Part shown: positions 45,988-56,063 of the stretch, one piece after another
Layout: the number at the start of each line of letters is the position of its first letter
How positions within the stretch are numbered: position 1 is the stretch's first letter
Source of the DNA: an uncultured virus (IMG/VR IMGVR_UViG_3300033075_001676)
Taxonomy: Duplodnaviria > Heunggongvirae > Uroviricota > Caudoviricetes
Reading direction: 5' to 3' (one strand)
IMG/VR virus record: IMGVR_UViG_3300033075_001676
Length of the DNA: 61,032 nt
Notes under the pieces: model-generated
Database searches by the model: none
What the model was told of the DNA's origin: nothing
What the model saw: only the letters and a program-made list of their open reading frames with translations
Program-made: the position numbers and the translations under genes

Positions 45988-48046
45988 TAGATATTGGATT
46001 ACCCATCAAAGCAAAATGATTCAAAGCAGGAGAATGAAAAGGATCAACTTCATTACCTCGAAGCACAGCTCTAAAATAAATCTCATCAAGAGGCTTACTA
46101 GTTTTATAACTTCTTTCTAATGTAGTATCACTTAATTTAGGAATGTCTACCCAAGTAGAGCCATCTTCACTTATAGAATAGGAAATCCATTCTCCAGGAC
46201 CCCAACTAGCTGGAACATATTCATCTACAAATAATCCAATCCTATCTACTAGACCTTGAAATTTTCTTTTTACTGATTGAACTGTACTAGTTGTAGCATA
46301 CTCAGTCCTAAGAAAATCTATTCCTCTTAGGCCAATTCCAGCTCGATATCCTTTAAAGATATCATAACCAGTTTTAGTATCCACAATTTCAATTGATTTA
46401 TTGACATGGAATAAACCTCCAACTAAATTATTAAGAGCTAAAAAAGCACCTACATAGGGCATAGCTGCTCCTAAGAAGCTAGCTGCTGATCCGGCTGCAG
46501 CTCCAACTGAGCCTCCAACTTGAGCTAAGCCAGTTGCTAAAGTACCAGCTTGTTGAGCTGTGTTTAGTACTCCTAATACTTTTTTAGTTGGTTGTTGGCT
46601 TTGTTTATATGGACTTACAATACTATTGGTAATATTAGCTAAATTAGCAATATCAACTAAAGCTCCAAACAGTTTAGGTTGATTATTTTTAACTTGGTAA
46701 GTAGGAGGATTATCGCTAATAGCTATTCTCTCCCATTTATATCTAGTCTTTACAGTATTAAAAACAACATAATTCCTTTCAGTTCTAATCTTTTCATAGA
46801 TTTCTTTAAAGGGATGTGCTAATCCATACTTAGCTAAAACTGGATTAGATGATAAAGTAATTTTAAGTTTAGTAATTGGTAAATCTGTAGGAATAGCAAT
46901 TACCGAACCAACCGACTGAAATCCAGTCCTTCGTAAAATTTCTTTTTGAAGCTTATTAGTAGCCTTATTACTACCCAGTTCCAGGTCAGAAACTACAGTA
47001 ATCCACTCCTCTCCTTCAGGAAGAGCTTTAATAGAATCAATATTTATTAGCTCATTTAACCTAGTAAGAGGCAATAATTTAACACTACTTAAAACTGTAG
47101 GAGAGTTTAGGTTTATATCTAGAACAAGTTTTACTTTAGAATCTACTGAGGTATTTTCAACATCTAAGAATTCTGCAATCTCTATGCCTTTGCCATCTCG
47201 GCCAGCATTAACATTGCCATCTCCCCAATCAACTATAATTTTCCAATCAAAGTTATTAGTAATTTCTTTAACATTTAAATGATCAGTAGTTGATTCAGAA
47301 GTCACAAAAGCTCTACCCTGTCTACTTAATTTTTGTTTAGGAGGAATAAAATTTCTTTCAATTTCAAACCAAGAAGATGGATCTTGATCAACAATAGCAG
47401 TTAAATTTTTTGTATCTGCTGTTTCATATTTAGGTTGAGGTTCTTGGTTAACTGTGATATTAGCTCCTGTTCCTAAAATTAATAGATTACAGCCTGGAAT
47501 TCCATTAGTCTGTTCATGGTCAATAGCTACTGAGTAGTTATTAATTACATCAATCTTTTGAGGGCCTAAAGTGGCCATTCCATAATCAGTATCAATCAGA
47601 CATGTAGATGCGGCCATATCTATAAAAGAACTGTCATTAAAAGTGTCTGAGACCCAATAAAATTCTTTGTTCTCATCTCCAGAAACCAGACTAATCTCTT
47701 GAACCGCATCGGTAGCTTTTTGCAGAATCTTCTCGACACCTTCAAGCTCTGATTTTAGACTATTATTAGACTCATTAATCCAGTTATAGATATTATCAAC
47801 TCTTCTTAAAGAGTTGGCAAGTTCATTGATTGTGATATTAAAATGATCTCCAACTAACTCATTTAAATTAAATGGTTCTGCTAACTCTGCAATAGGAGGA
47901 TATTTAACAGTCTGTTTTCTAGTCTGAAGAATTGCTCGATATAAATCTTGTTCCTTTGCTGAAATATCTGCATTGCTAAAGTCAATGTTCTGGATAGCTT
48001 TTAAGATAGCATCAACTTTATTATCTTGTAAGAATTTTTCTAACAT
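45974..48046 (-). CDS. Putative virion protein with Gly/Ala hydrophobic hairpin
   Basis: DTFND...DTDYGMATL, VDQDPSSWF, GAAAGSAASFLGAAMPYVGAFLAL, SPALNHFAL. Confidence 0.55.
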   Translation of the reverse strand: MLEKFLQDNKVDAILKAIQNIDFSNADISAKEQDLYRAILQTRKQTVKYPPIAELAEPFNLNELVGDHFNITINELANSLRRVDNIYNWINESNNSLKSELEGVEKILQKATDAVQEISLVSGDENKEFYWVSDTFNDSSFIDMAASTCLIDTDYGMATLGPQKIDVINNYSVAIDHEQTNGIPGCNLLILGTGANITVNQEPQPKYETADTKNLTAIVDQDPSSWFEIERNFIPPKQKLSRQGRAFVTSESTTDHLNVKEITNNFDWKIIVDWGDGNVNAGRDGKGIEIAEFLDVENTSVDSKVKLVLDINLNSPTVLSSVKLLPLTRLNELINIDSIKALPEGEEWITVVSDLELGSNKATNKLQKEILRRTGFQSVGSVIAIPTDLPITKLKITLSSNPVLAKYGLAHPFKEIYEKIRTERNYVVFNTVKTRYKWERIAISDNPPTYQVKNNQPKLFGALVDIANLANITNSIVSPYKQSQQPTKKVLGVLNTAQQAGTLATGLAQVGGSVGAAAGSAASFLGAAMPYVGAFLALNNLVGGLFHVNKSIEIVDTKTGYDIFKGYRAGIGLRGIDFLRTEYATTSTVQSVKRKFQGLVDRIGLFVDEYVPASWGPGEWISYSISEDGSTWVDIPKLSDTTLERSYKTSKPLDEIYFRAVLRGNEVDPFHSPALNHFALMGNPISNATN

Positions 48047-51000
48047 TATTCTACCTCTCGCATAGGCGTACTAAGACTTTCTTTAACTCTTAAAGATATG
48101 TTTTTAATTATAGGAGTTGTGGCAACTGTTCCTTGTCTAGTAACTTCAATACCTAGTCTTGGGGATATCCCTAAGGTTTCATATTCAACTTTTATTTGAG
48201 CTGGAATGTCTCCAAATCTATAAAAATCTCTAGCAAAAATTAACTCTCCATCACTATTAACATAATATTCAATTATAGGATAGTAATCTGCACTTAATCT
48301 GGTAAAGTTTGGCACTCTTAATTTAGGAACTTTACCTGTTACATAGTCAGTCATATTCCTAGTAATGGGAAAAGTTCTAGTGATAACTTCTGCTTGGCTG
48401 GCTATAGCACTGGTTGTTGCACTACTAGTATTAATAGACCCTAAAACTGTACTAAAGAAATCTTCAGTTTGAGAGTTACTAATGTAAAGATAGTCTGCTA
48501 AGACATCTGTAAAACCTTCTGGGCCATCTTTAAGAATTTTTATCCTACCAGTATTAGAGTCTAATACTTCATAATCAGCTCTGGAGATAGGTAAAATCCC
48601 GCCAGTAGCGCTTGAATTGTACCAATATAATTTAAGAAAAGTTCCACCTGGACCTACAATTACAGGAGCAAATTTAGTTGCAAAAACTGAATTTTGAGGA
48701 ATTGTAAAAATATTTGTAGTAGTCTTGGTACTATTAAGACCTATCTTACCTTCAGCCAAAAGTCTATTATATAGTACTTTAAGTTCTTGTCTTCTAAGAA
48801 ACTCAATTACCATGTTATAGGATATAATTTGTTTTAAGGTTCTAGGCTTATTGTTCAAGGCGTCCATTCTAATGTTAGACGCCATAATTAGTGATAAACC
48901 ATAGCCTTCAAGTTGACCTGGACATAAAGCTATAATCTGTTTAGAAGTTGTTGTATTCAACCAATTACTGAATCCAACATCATCTGAGACTACCTCACTT
49001 TGTTGAGTTTCAGACCCGGAGGATATATCAACTAAATTTTCCCCTAAAATTTGTCTTACTTTGCTAACATCTGGTCTACCTAAAGTATCTGGGTAAGCAG
49101 TCCATTTATCAGTAGAGATTGTAACTTTAGTGGGAATATAGCCATCTGTATTTAAGATGTCTGAGATGATTGTACCAGAAGGAACTGCATTAGATCTAAT
49201 AGCATCTTTAAGAGTACTTGAAGAAAAGCCATAAAGAGTAGCAGCATTAGGATCAAGAATTGCAGGCCATACAGAGTATCTCTCTAACCAAGAGAGTTGG
49301 GCTTTAATCTTAGGTCTTCGCAGATGCGGAGCATTGCTTAGTCTAATTTTACCTTCTCTATTAGTCCCATCAAACTCTTCAACAATTTTTCTTTCTGGAA
49401 CTACATAGTATTTATCTGATGGATTATACCATCCAGATGCAACCTCTTCAGTAGAGTAGATATATAAATACTCTCCATTAGCTGAGTTGTTAGTACTGTT
49501 TCCAATTAACCATGGGTTAATAATTGTACTTTTTTCTAAATCATTTTCAAAAGGATAGATCTTAAACTTAATTCCAGAAGTATGGTATTTACCTAGTTCC
49601 GCAGTAACCCAAATATTTCTGATTTCACCTGCTGTTTTGAGCGGCAAGGAAACTAAAGAACCTCTTGGAATATGTTCCCTATATCTTAAGTCAAGTTCTT
49701 TAAGTCCGATTCTATATCCAAAAACATTGTCTCCTTTGCCAGCTGAAGAGAATTGAGTAGTAATTTTATTCAACATTTTTTGCAAGGTAGGATCCAATTC
49801 AGGATCTGCTTCAATTGGTTGAATAGCTGCATTAGTAGTCTTAGCTAAAACTTCTTTCCTTATATTTCTCTGAGAGAGAGTGAATGTAAATCTTCCACTC
49901 AATACTGGTTTAGGTAGTTGAATTGTTGTAGGTCCGGTAATCCTATAGTTACAGTTAAATACCTCATCTCCAATATAAAGTACTGGATAATCAAACCAGC
50001 CTGAAGCAGGGGCAGCAGTATTATTGAATACTCCTAATTCAACTCTTCCAGACACTGCATTAGTAGGAATATAATCTATACTAGACCTACCTGCCCAGAA
50101 ACTAGTTGGTTGAGACTCATCTCTAGAATAATTAATTATCTCTCCAGTAGAATCCAACCACAAAAGCTTATGTCCAGTCTTAACATCACCAAGACCTCTA
50201 GTCAAATAAGAAAGTTGAGCTCTATTACTTTTAAGAGTAGCAACTCCAGAAACATTACTAGTGATTAAAGGAATTGTGAATGTATAGCTAGCCCATCCAG
50301 AACCTGTAGTACTAAGGTTTACTAATAAACTACTAGAGTTAACCGAACCTGAATTGACATAGGAAGCTGAGCCGTTTAATGTCCAGCCAGAAGTTGATAT
50401 TAAACTAGAAATTACATTACTTTGAACTTCAGGAGCCCAGCTTATACTTAAAAGATCTAGAGGCTCTGTAACTAAGGGATCTATAAAAACTTCAGTTGCT
50501 AAAGTTGGCCTATCTAGATAATAACTAAGTAGTAGGGCAAATCCATACTGATAGTCTGCTGGTAACCAAGGGACCTGACTGCTGTCTGACTTAACTGGTC
50601 CAGGTGCATAGGCTAGTGCAGTCCAAAAAGTACTTCTACTTCCATCATTAATAGAACTAAGCTGACCAGATTCAATGTAGCTAAGTAAACTTTTTTCTAC
50701 AGTTACGGTTCCTGCAAATCCGCCTAAAGATCGAATCGAAGAAAAATATCCTGTGTCCCTTAATTTGAAAACGCCTTCTTCAACATTAGAATTTAAAGGT
50801 GGGCTAGTCTTATAATACTTCTTATTAAAATCAATGCTAGAGTAATCTCCGCCTTTAATGTTAATAGCAGTAGAGGCACCTCTTTGCTGGTAAGTACTTA
50901 AGACTCTTAAAGAATTTTCAAGTTCTTTAATTCTAGACTCTGATTCACTTAATCTAGAATTGACAAGGGTATATAGGCCATCAATATAAGAATCAGCTTT

Positions 51001-51234
51001 ATCTACAGTTGTAAAAAGAGCTCCAAAAGTTGCAACTAATTTCTTAGAAGTATTATTCCAATCAGAATCTGTTCTGATAGTTACATCAATGTTAGAGAAT
51101 GAGGGTAAAGTAGGAGAAATTAAATTTGTTTGAGTTACATCAACTTTATCAATTGAACTAAGGTCAAAGTTATTCTCATAAATAACTTTGGCCCAGGTAA
51201 AAGGTTTTAGAAAAGAATTAGTATATTCAAACAT
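48046..51234 (-). CDS. Large putative virion/baseplate protein
   Basis: 1062 aa; coiled coil, INDGSRSTFW, C-terminal TPIIKNISLRV. Confidence 0.6.
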   Translation of the reverse strand: MFEYTNSFLKPFTWAKVIYENNFDLSSIDKVDVTQTNLISPTLPSFSNIDVTIRTDSDWNNTSKKLVATFGALFTTVDKADSYIDGLYTLVNSRLSESESRIKELENSLRVLSTYQQRGASTAINIKGGDYSSIDFNKKYYKTSPPLNSNVEEGVFKLRDTGYFSSIRSLGGFAGTVTVEKSLLSYIESGQLSSINDGSRSTFWTALAYAPGPVKSDSSQVPWLPADYQYGFALLLSYYLDRPTLATEVFIDPLVTEPLDLLSISWAPEVQSNVISSLISTSGWTLNGSASYVNSGSVNSSSLLVNLSTTGSGWASYTFTIPLITSNVSGVATLKSNRAQLSYLTRGLGDVKTGHKLLWLDSTGEIINYSRDESQPTSFWAGRSSIDYIPTNAVSGRVELGVFNNTAAPASGWFDYPVLYIGDEVFNCNYRITGPTTIQLPKPVLSGRFTFTLSQRNIRKEVLAKTTNAAIQPIEADPELDPTLQKMLNKITTQFSSAGKGDNVFGYRIGLKELDLRYREHIPRGSLVSLPLKTAGEIRNIWVTAELGKYHTSGIKFKIYPFENDLEKSTIINPWLIGNSTNNSANGEYLYIYSTEEVASGWYNPSDKYYVVPERKIVEEFDGTNREGKIRLSNAPHLRRPKIKAQLSWLERYSVWPAILDPNAATLYGFSSSTLKDAIRSNAVPSGTIISDILNTDGYIPTKVTISTDKWTAYPDTLGRPDVSKVRQILGENLVDISSGSETQQSEVVSDDVGFSNWLNTTTSKQIIALCPGQLEGYGLSLIMASNIRMDALNNKPRTLKQIISYNMVIEFLRRQELKVLYNRLLAEGKIGLNSTKTTTNIFTIPQNSVFATKFAPVIVGPGGTFLKLYWYNSSATGGILPISRADYEVLDSNTGRIKILKDGPEGFTDVLADYLYISNSQTEDFFSTVLGSINTSSATTSAIASQAEVITRTFPITRNMTDYVTGKVPKLRVPNFTRLSADYYPIIEYYVNSDGELIFARDFYRFGDIPAQIKVEYETLGISPRLGIEVTRQGTVATTPIIKNISLRVKESLSTPMREVE

Positions 51235-52622
51235 TAGGTTGAACTTGTTGTGTTAGTAAAGGTAATTAAACCACTGGGGCCTATTTTACAATACATAAGT
51301 CTAAGATTTATATCAAATTGAGTATCTGCCACTGCTAGGTTTCTAGCAGTTATTGCTGAACTGTTAGAATTTATTGTAAGCCATCTTCGATCTTGGCCAT
51401 TAGGAACATATGCTGACCATACTCCTGCATATCCAGGCCCACTAACAGCAGTAGAGGGATCTGTAACTGCAACTATGTCTGTCCAAGTAGAGCCATTTAC
51501 AGAAGAAGCTAGCGTAATTGTAGAACTAACTATCTTCAATTTAATATAATTACTTCTAACAGGAGTAAGATTAATAAAAGGTGTGATGGCACTTGCTGAG
51601 CCAGAACAGCCAGGCTCTGAAGGATTTACATAGGACCAGTCAGCTGAGGTGGCAACTGTACCTCCTGAAGAAGCTATATTCCAACTTGAAACTCTAAAGA
51701 TTCTTGCAGTAGCTCCAGAAGCTGGGAAGTTGCCACCTACATAATCTCCAATTGAGAGCCCATAGAAACTAGCTGAGTTTGGAGTGCCGGACATCTTAAC
51801 TGCAATGCCACCTCGATTAGTAATCTCTGTTACTCCGGTAGATGGATCATATAGATTAAAATCTTTTATAATTATCTCTGAGTCGGTAGAGGCATTTAAT
51901 TTTGTTGCTTTATAGGTCCATGCAGCTCCACCTGTAATTCTTTGGCTAACAATAAACAAAGGTCCGTCTGAACTTTCTTTATAAAAAGAGTTAGAACTTT
52001 TTCCACCAAAGTCAGTTCTCCATTGGGCTAGAGCCATATCTGTAAGATTATCTATCCAGGCTTGGGTCCTAATTGAGGTAGGAATTAAGTTTTTTAAGAC
52101 TACATGGTATTTGTATACTCTACCAGAAACAGGTTCCACTGAGCCATAGGCATAGGTATCATCTACTAGATCAAAAAAGGGGTCAAAAGCTTGGTTTCTA
52201 TTAGCCCAATATCCTTTAACATTAGCTGCAGTTACTGAAGTTGGTTTAATATATATAGTATGGCCTAAAGAAAATCCATGGTCAGCAAAAGGAGTATTTC
52301 CATAAGCCGAAGGAACAGTTAAAGTAAAGCTAGTAGTACCTGTGACTGTGCCAGTATAGGTAGTAGATCCTAGCAAAACATCTGTACCAAAGCTTGATGC
52401 AGGATTATTAGTCCCTAGAATAGGATTTCCATATTGAGCTGTATTTAATAAGTAAGCTTCAATATTTTGACAAGCCCCAAAATAATGGTTCCAATGAGCA
52501 GCCTTAATCAAAGCTTCAGCTGGTTGATCTTCTGCTGGAAGACTACCATCAAAACTCTGTTTAATTACAAAATTATCTGCGCTTACTGGAAATGTAGAAT
52601 CAGATCTATAACTATGTGCCAA
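51234..52622 (-). CDS. Putative tail fibre/appendage protein
   Basis: N-terminal FPVSADNF...AAHWN..CQNIEAYL module; lectin-like C-terminus. Confidence 0.55.
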   Translation of the reverse strand: MAHSYRSDSTFPVSADNFVIKQSFDGSLPAEDQPAEALIKAAHWNHYFGACQNIEAYLLNTAQYGNPILGTNNPASSFGTDVLLGSTTYTGTVTGTTSFTLTVPSAYGNTPFADHGFSLGHTIYIKPTSVTAANVKGYWANRNQAFDPFFDLVDDTYAYGSVEPVSGRVYKYHVVLKNLIPTSIRTQAWIDNLTDMALAQWRTDFGGKSSNSFYKESSDGPLFIVSQRITGGAAWTYKATKLNASTDSEIIIKDFNLYDPSTGVTEITNRGGIAVKMSGTPNSASFYGLSIGDYVGGNFPASGATARIFRVSSWNIASSGGTVATSADWSYVNPSEPGCSGSASAITPFINLTPVRSNYIKLKIVSSTITLASSVNGSTWTDIVAVTDPSTAVSGPGYAGVWSAYVPNGQDRRWLTINSNSSAITARNLAVADTQFDINLRLMYCKIGPSGLITFTNTTSST

Positions 52623-53787
52623 AATTGTATCTCCCTAAAGCAAAGATTTTAATTGTTAAATCTCCACTTGGTATAGTTCCAAAACTATCAACTTGAATTG
52701 CCCTATCGTATCCAGGAATATCAATAAAAGTTAAATTAGTAGTTGTAGAAGTTGAAATTGGATCTTTAGTTGATGCCATAAATGATAGATGATATCCAGT
52801 AGTCCCATAATAATTTTCGCTATAACTAAAGTTAGGTTGAACATATAATGGAGTTACTACGCTTCCAGATGTGACCCATCCAATAGCACTAATGGTCACA
52901 AATTTAATCATCTTATTAGTTTCTGGAAAAATTAAATTGGACCTAGCAGATGTTGTGATTCCTGTAGTTGATGCTCCAGTTATACTAGTTCCAATTGAAT
53001 TATAGAATCGTTGGTAACTTAGTACTCCTGTAACTGGAGTTGTGATTGTTCCAGTTACAGATATAGTTGTAGCAAACACTTTTTCTTGAGAACCTTTGAC
53101 AAAAATAGGATTATTATTAACCGGAACAGCTAAAGCCACTTGTTCCATATTAAAAATAGCATCTCCTAGTTTATTAATGTCTTCAGCTCTAATTTGACTA
53201 GTGATTGAAGTACCATTAGTTTTATATTCAATATTAGAATTAGGGCCAACATCATATAGAGTATTATTTCTTTTACCAAACTTAGATCTAGACCCAGTCA
53301 AATATCCAGTTGTAGTATAATACAATCTAATACTTACATAATCAATGCTATATTTAACATTATTAGAACCAGAAGGAGTTATTAATAATCCAAAGTAAGT
53401 ACCTGATGCTTCATATCTTTTTAGGTCTGAATTCCAGAGATCTCCACTTGCTCCTAGTGTTTGGGTAACTGCAGTAGGAGTTAAAGTAGCGGTAATCTTA
53501 GAATCAGATATTATTGCTAGGGAAGTATCTCGAACAAGCTGAACGGTTAGAACTGGCGTTCCAGAGCCTGCTGTAACAAAAGCATTAATATTTACTTCAA
53601 TTCCAGTAATTGATATGTCTTTTGGAATAGTAGGAGTAAAATTATAAAGATAGATTGGAGCTAAAGTAACACCAGATGCTAGAGTAGCATAAGTACTATC
53701 CAAGCTACTTGTATTTGCAGTACCGTTCCATTGGCCAGGTCCACTAATATTAGTTCCAGCAATAGCTGTTAGATCAATATATGCCAT
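52612..53787 (-). CDS. Putative tail appendage protein
   Basis: IPKDISITGIEV, LGASGDLW, IDYVSIRLYY; internal RAEDINKLGDAIFNME module. Confidence 0.55.
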   Translation of the reverse strand: MAYIDLTAIAGTNISGPGQWNGTANTSSLDSTYATLASGVTLAPIYLYNFTPTIPKDISITGIEVNINAFVTAGSGTPVLTVQLVRDTSLAIISDSKITATLTPTAVTQTLGASGDLWNSDLKRYEASGTYFGLLITPSGSNNVKYSIDYVSIRLYYTTTGYLTGSRSKFGKRNNTLYDVGPNSNIEYKTNGTSITSQIRAEDINKLGDAIFNMEQVALAVPVNNNPIFVKGSQEKVFATTISVTGTITTPVTGVLSYQRFYNSIGTSITGASTTGITTSARSNLIFPETNKMIKFVTISAIGWVTSGSVVTPLYVQPNFSYSENYYGTTGYHLSFMASTKDPISTSTTTNLTFIDIPGYDRAIQVDSFGTIPSGDLTIKIFALGRYNFGT

Positions 53788-54461
53788 TAAATAACACCTG
53801 TAATTGAGCAGACTATTTCAAGATCTGCAATGTTAGTCCATAGGGCTGGCATATTGCTCACTCCAGATGTCGAAGTATTTACAGTAGGTAAAGTTGTATC
53901 TATAATTACACCTTGAATAAGTAAAGTATTGGATCCTAAAATACAATTAGAGTTTATAAAAAATCTATTTAATACATAGTTATTTGCTCCAATAACTCCT
54001 AATCTATGGACTTCCGCAGTGACTAAAGGATATAAACTATAATCATTTGCTTGGCCTAGGATAGTATTTAACTGGCCAGCAGATGCTTGAATTATACCTA
54101 ATAAGTTTTTCTGACCTGGTGGGTTGTATACATCTGTAGACTCTGTTAATACAAATTGAAAAGGTAGGACATTACTTCTAGGCATTCTACTAAATGCTTT
54201 TGCATGATTAGCTACTGAAGTAAACAAAGCCTCAAAACTTACTGAGAAAGTGTAAGAATATCCTATACCTGTAATTGAACCATCACTACTAGCAGAGGTA
54301 CCTCCAATCAAAGGCTGAACTTTTCCAATAAAGTTTCTTATTTTATTATGATGAGATGCATCTAAGATATATGCATCCGAATCTCCACTCCCAGAGTAAT
54401 CCTGGACAACTGGAAAGATATCTAAACCTTGTGGAAATATAATTGACTCATTAATAGGCAT
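53787..54461 (-). CDS. Putative tail appendage protein
   Basis: FPQGLDIF...ASHHNKIRNFI module. Confidence 0.55.
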   Translation of the reverse strand: MPINESIIFPQGLDIFPVVQDYSGSGDSDAYILDASHHNKIRNFIGKVQPLIGGTSASSDGSITGIGYSYTFSVSFEALFTSVANHAKAFSRMPRSNVLPFQFVLTESTDVYNPPGQKNLLGIIQASAGQLNTILGQANDYSLYPLVTAEVHRLGVIGANNYVLNRFFINSNCILGSNTLLIQGVIIDTTLPTVNTSTSGVSNMPALWTNIADLEIVCSITGVI

Positions 54462-54467
54462 AATAGT

Positions 54468-56063
54468 TTATACAGTGGTATACACAATTCTAAAATCAAT
54501 TGAAGGAAGCATGCTAGCTTTTACAATTTCATAAATCTCTTCAGCTGTAAATGTCTCTGGATTAGTATCTTCTGGGTCAGTTTTAAGAATAGAAGAATCA
54601 ATTTGAACTTCTACAACTCCACCTTCTTTAAGAGCAGCTCCAGACCAGGTTGCCATATCCCAGTAACCTCTAACCGTATCAGTTTGACCTTGACTTTCAA
54701 CTACCTCAAGTGGATAATCTTCTGGAACTCCACCACCTCTAATTCTGGTATCTGCATAGGCTACTGAATTAACACTAGCTGGAGCAGCTAGTACTACCCT
54801 AGCTAAAGGAAGCATAGTAGGGACTATCCTTGAAAAAATATCTGTTTCAAAAGTACCATACTCATCATAATAGTTCATTCCAAAGACTGCATGGCCCCAA
54901 GTAGATTTAACTGAAGTTCCAGTGATTCTAGAATCCAGTTGTTCAAGTCTTTCTCCTGAAACAATGTGTCTTATAAAATGAGTTTCACCATGCTCACATG
55001 CTCGAACAAATTTTAAAGTTACTTTTCCAACATGAGTACCAGTGGAAGGAATAGCTGGTTCAAAAGAGTACTTCATATATGCACTTGGAATAGCATATAT
55101 TGTTACTTGATTTAATAAGGCATTAGCTGAGTTGTTTAAAGATCTAGTTTGGTCATTTCCAATCCAGTGCCCATACTCACAGTTTGCATCAAAAGAGTAC
55201 CAAGTATTGGTAGAATCTCTAAAACCTGAATAAGTATAGAGATCATTTCTTCCAAGGTATTCTACTAAGATGTGATCATCAGGCAAGAGACTTTTACTGA
55301 GTGTAATGGTCTTTAAAACTGGATCAAGATTTTTAACATAGGAGTGTTGCGTAGCTCCAGTATAATTTAAGTCTCCAGAGTATTGTTTAGATCCATTAAT
55401 ATATATATTTTTAATTAGATCTATCGGACCTTTATAAGCTATTTGATTGGCTTTTATTAAAGAACATACTTCTTGATGTAATTTATACTTAAATCCACTA
55501 CTGAATGGTGTGGTTGAGATAGTCTCTTCAGTTCCATATCTATACTCTGGGACTGCATAAATTAGCCAAAGCTGATCACCTTCTTGGGCTCCCGATAATT
55601 TAATCCAACCAGTAGCTGAATCCATTGAAGACACAACATACTTTCTCCAAACTGTACCAGGTTGAATTAAAGGGTACCAGTTGTTTCCGGTAGTTTGGTT
55701 TAATCCAACTACTTTAATTGGGGTATGTAGAATCTTAAGATTGATCTCTTCATCATCAGCTTGAAAAGTATGCCTATAAGGACCATAACTTGCTAAACCT
55801 GTAGGAGAAAATCTTCCACCAACAGTTAAAGGATCAATATTTGTAACTAGGTCTAAAGTCTTGTTAGCAACACCTTCTGAAAAGACTAAAACATCATCAG
55901 CTAAATGGCCATAGTTTTCATTAGCATACCTATCCGCAGCCAAAGAAGCTATACTTGTGTCTGCTTCCAGGTATGGAGCCGCAATAAAAGCAAGTCCAAC
56001 ACTCTCCAACTCTGGAGGCATAGTAGGTCCAAATATTAAATTAAGTTCATTTTTATTAGACAT
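54468..56063 (-). CDS. Putative virion structural protein
   Basis: C-terminal DTRIRGGG..YWD..GGVVEV..FTAEEI; structural gene context. Confidence 0.55.
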   Translation of the reverse strand: MSNKNELNLIFGPTMPPELESVGLAFIAAPYLEADTSIASLAADRYANENYGHLADDVLVFSEGVANKTLDLVTNIDPLTVGGRFSPTGLASYGPYRHTFQADDEEINLKILHTPIKVVGLNQTTGNNWYPLIQPGTVWRKYVVSSMDSATGWIKLSGAQEGDQLWLIYAVPEYRYGTEETISTTPFSSGFKYKLHQEVCSLIKANQIAYKGPIDLIKNIYINGSKQYSGDLNYTGATQHSYVKNLDPVLKTITLSKSLLPDDHILVEYLGRNDLYTYSGFRDSTNTWYSFDANCEYGHWIGNDQTRSLNNSANALLNQVTIYAIPSAYMKYSFEPAIPSTGTHVGKVTLKFVRACEHGETHFIRHIVSGERLEQLDSRITGTSVKSTWGHAVFGMNYYDEYGTFETDIFSRIVPTMLPLARVVLAAPASVNSVAYADTRIRGGGVPEDYPLEVVESQGQTDTVRGYWDMATWSGAALKEGGVVEVQIDSSILKTDPEDTNPETFTAEEIYEIVKASMLPSIDFRIVYTTV

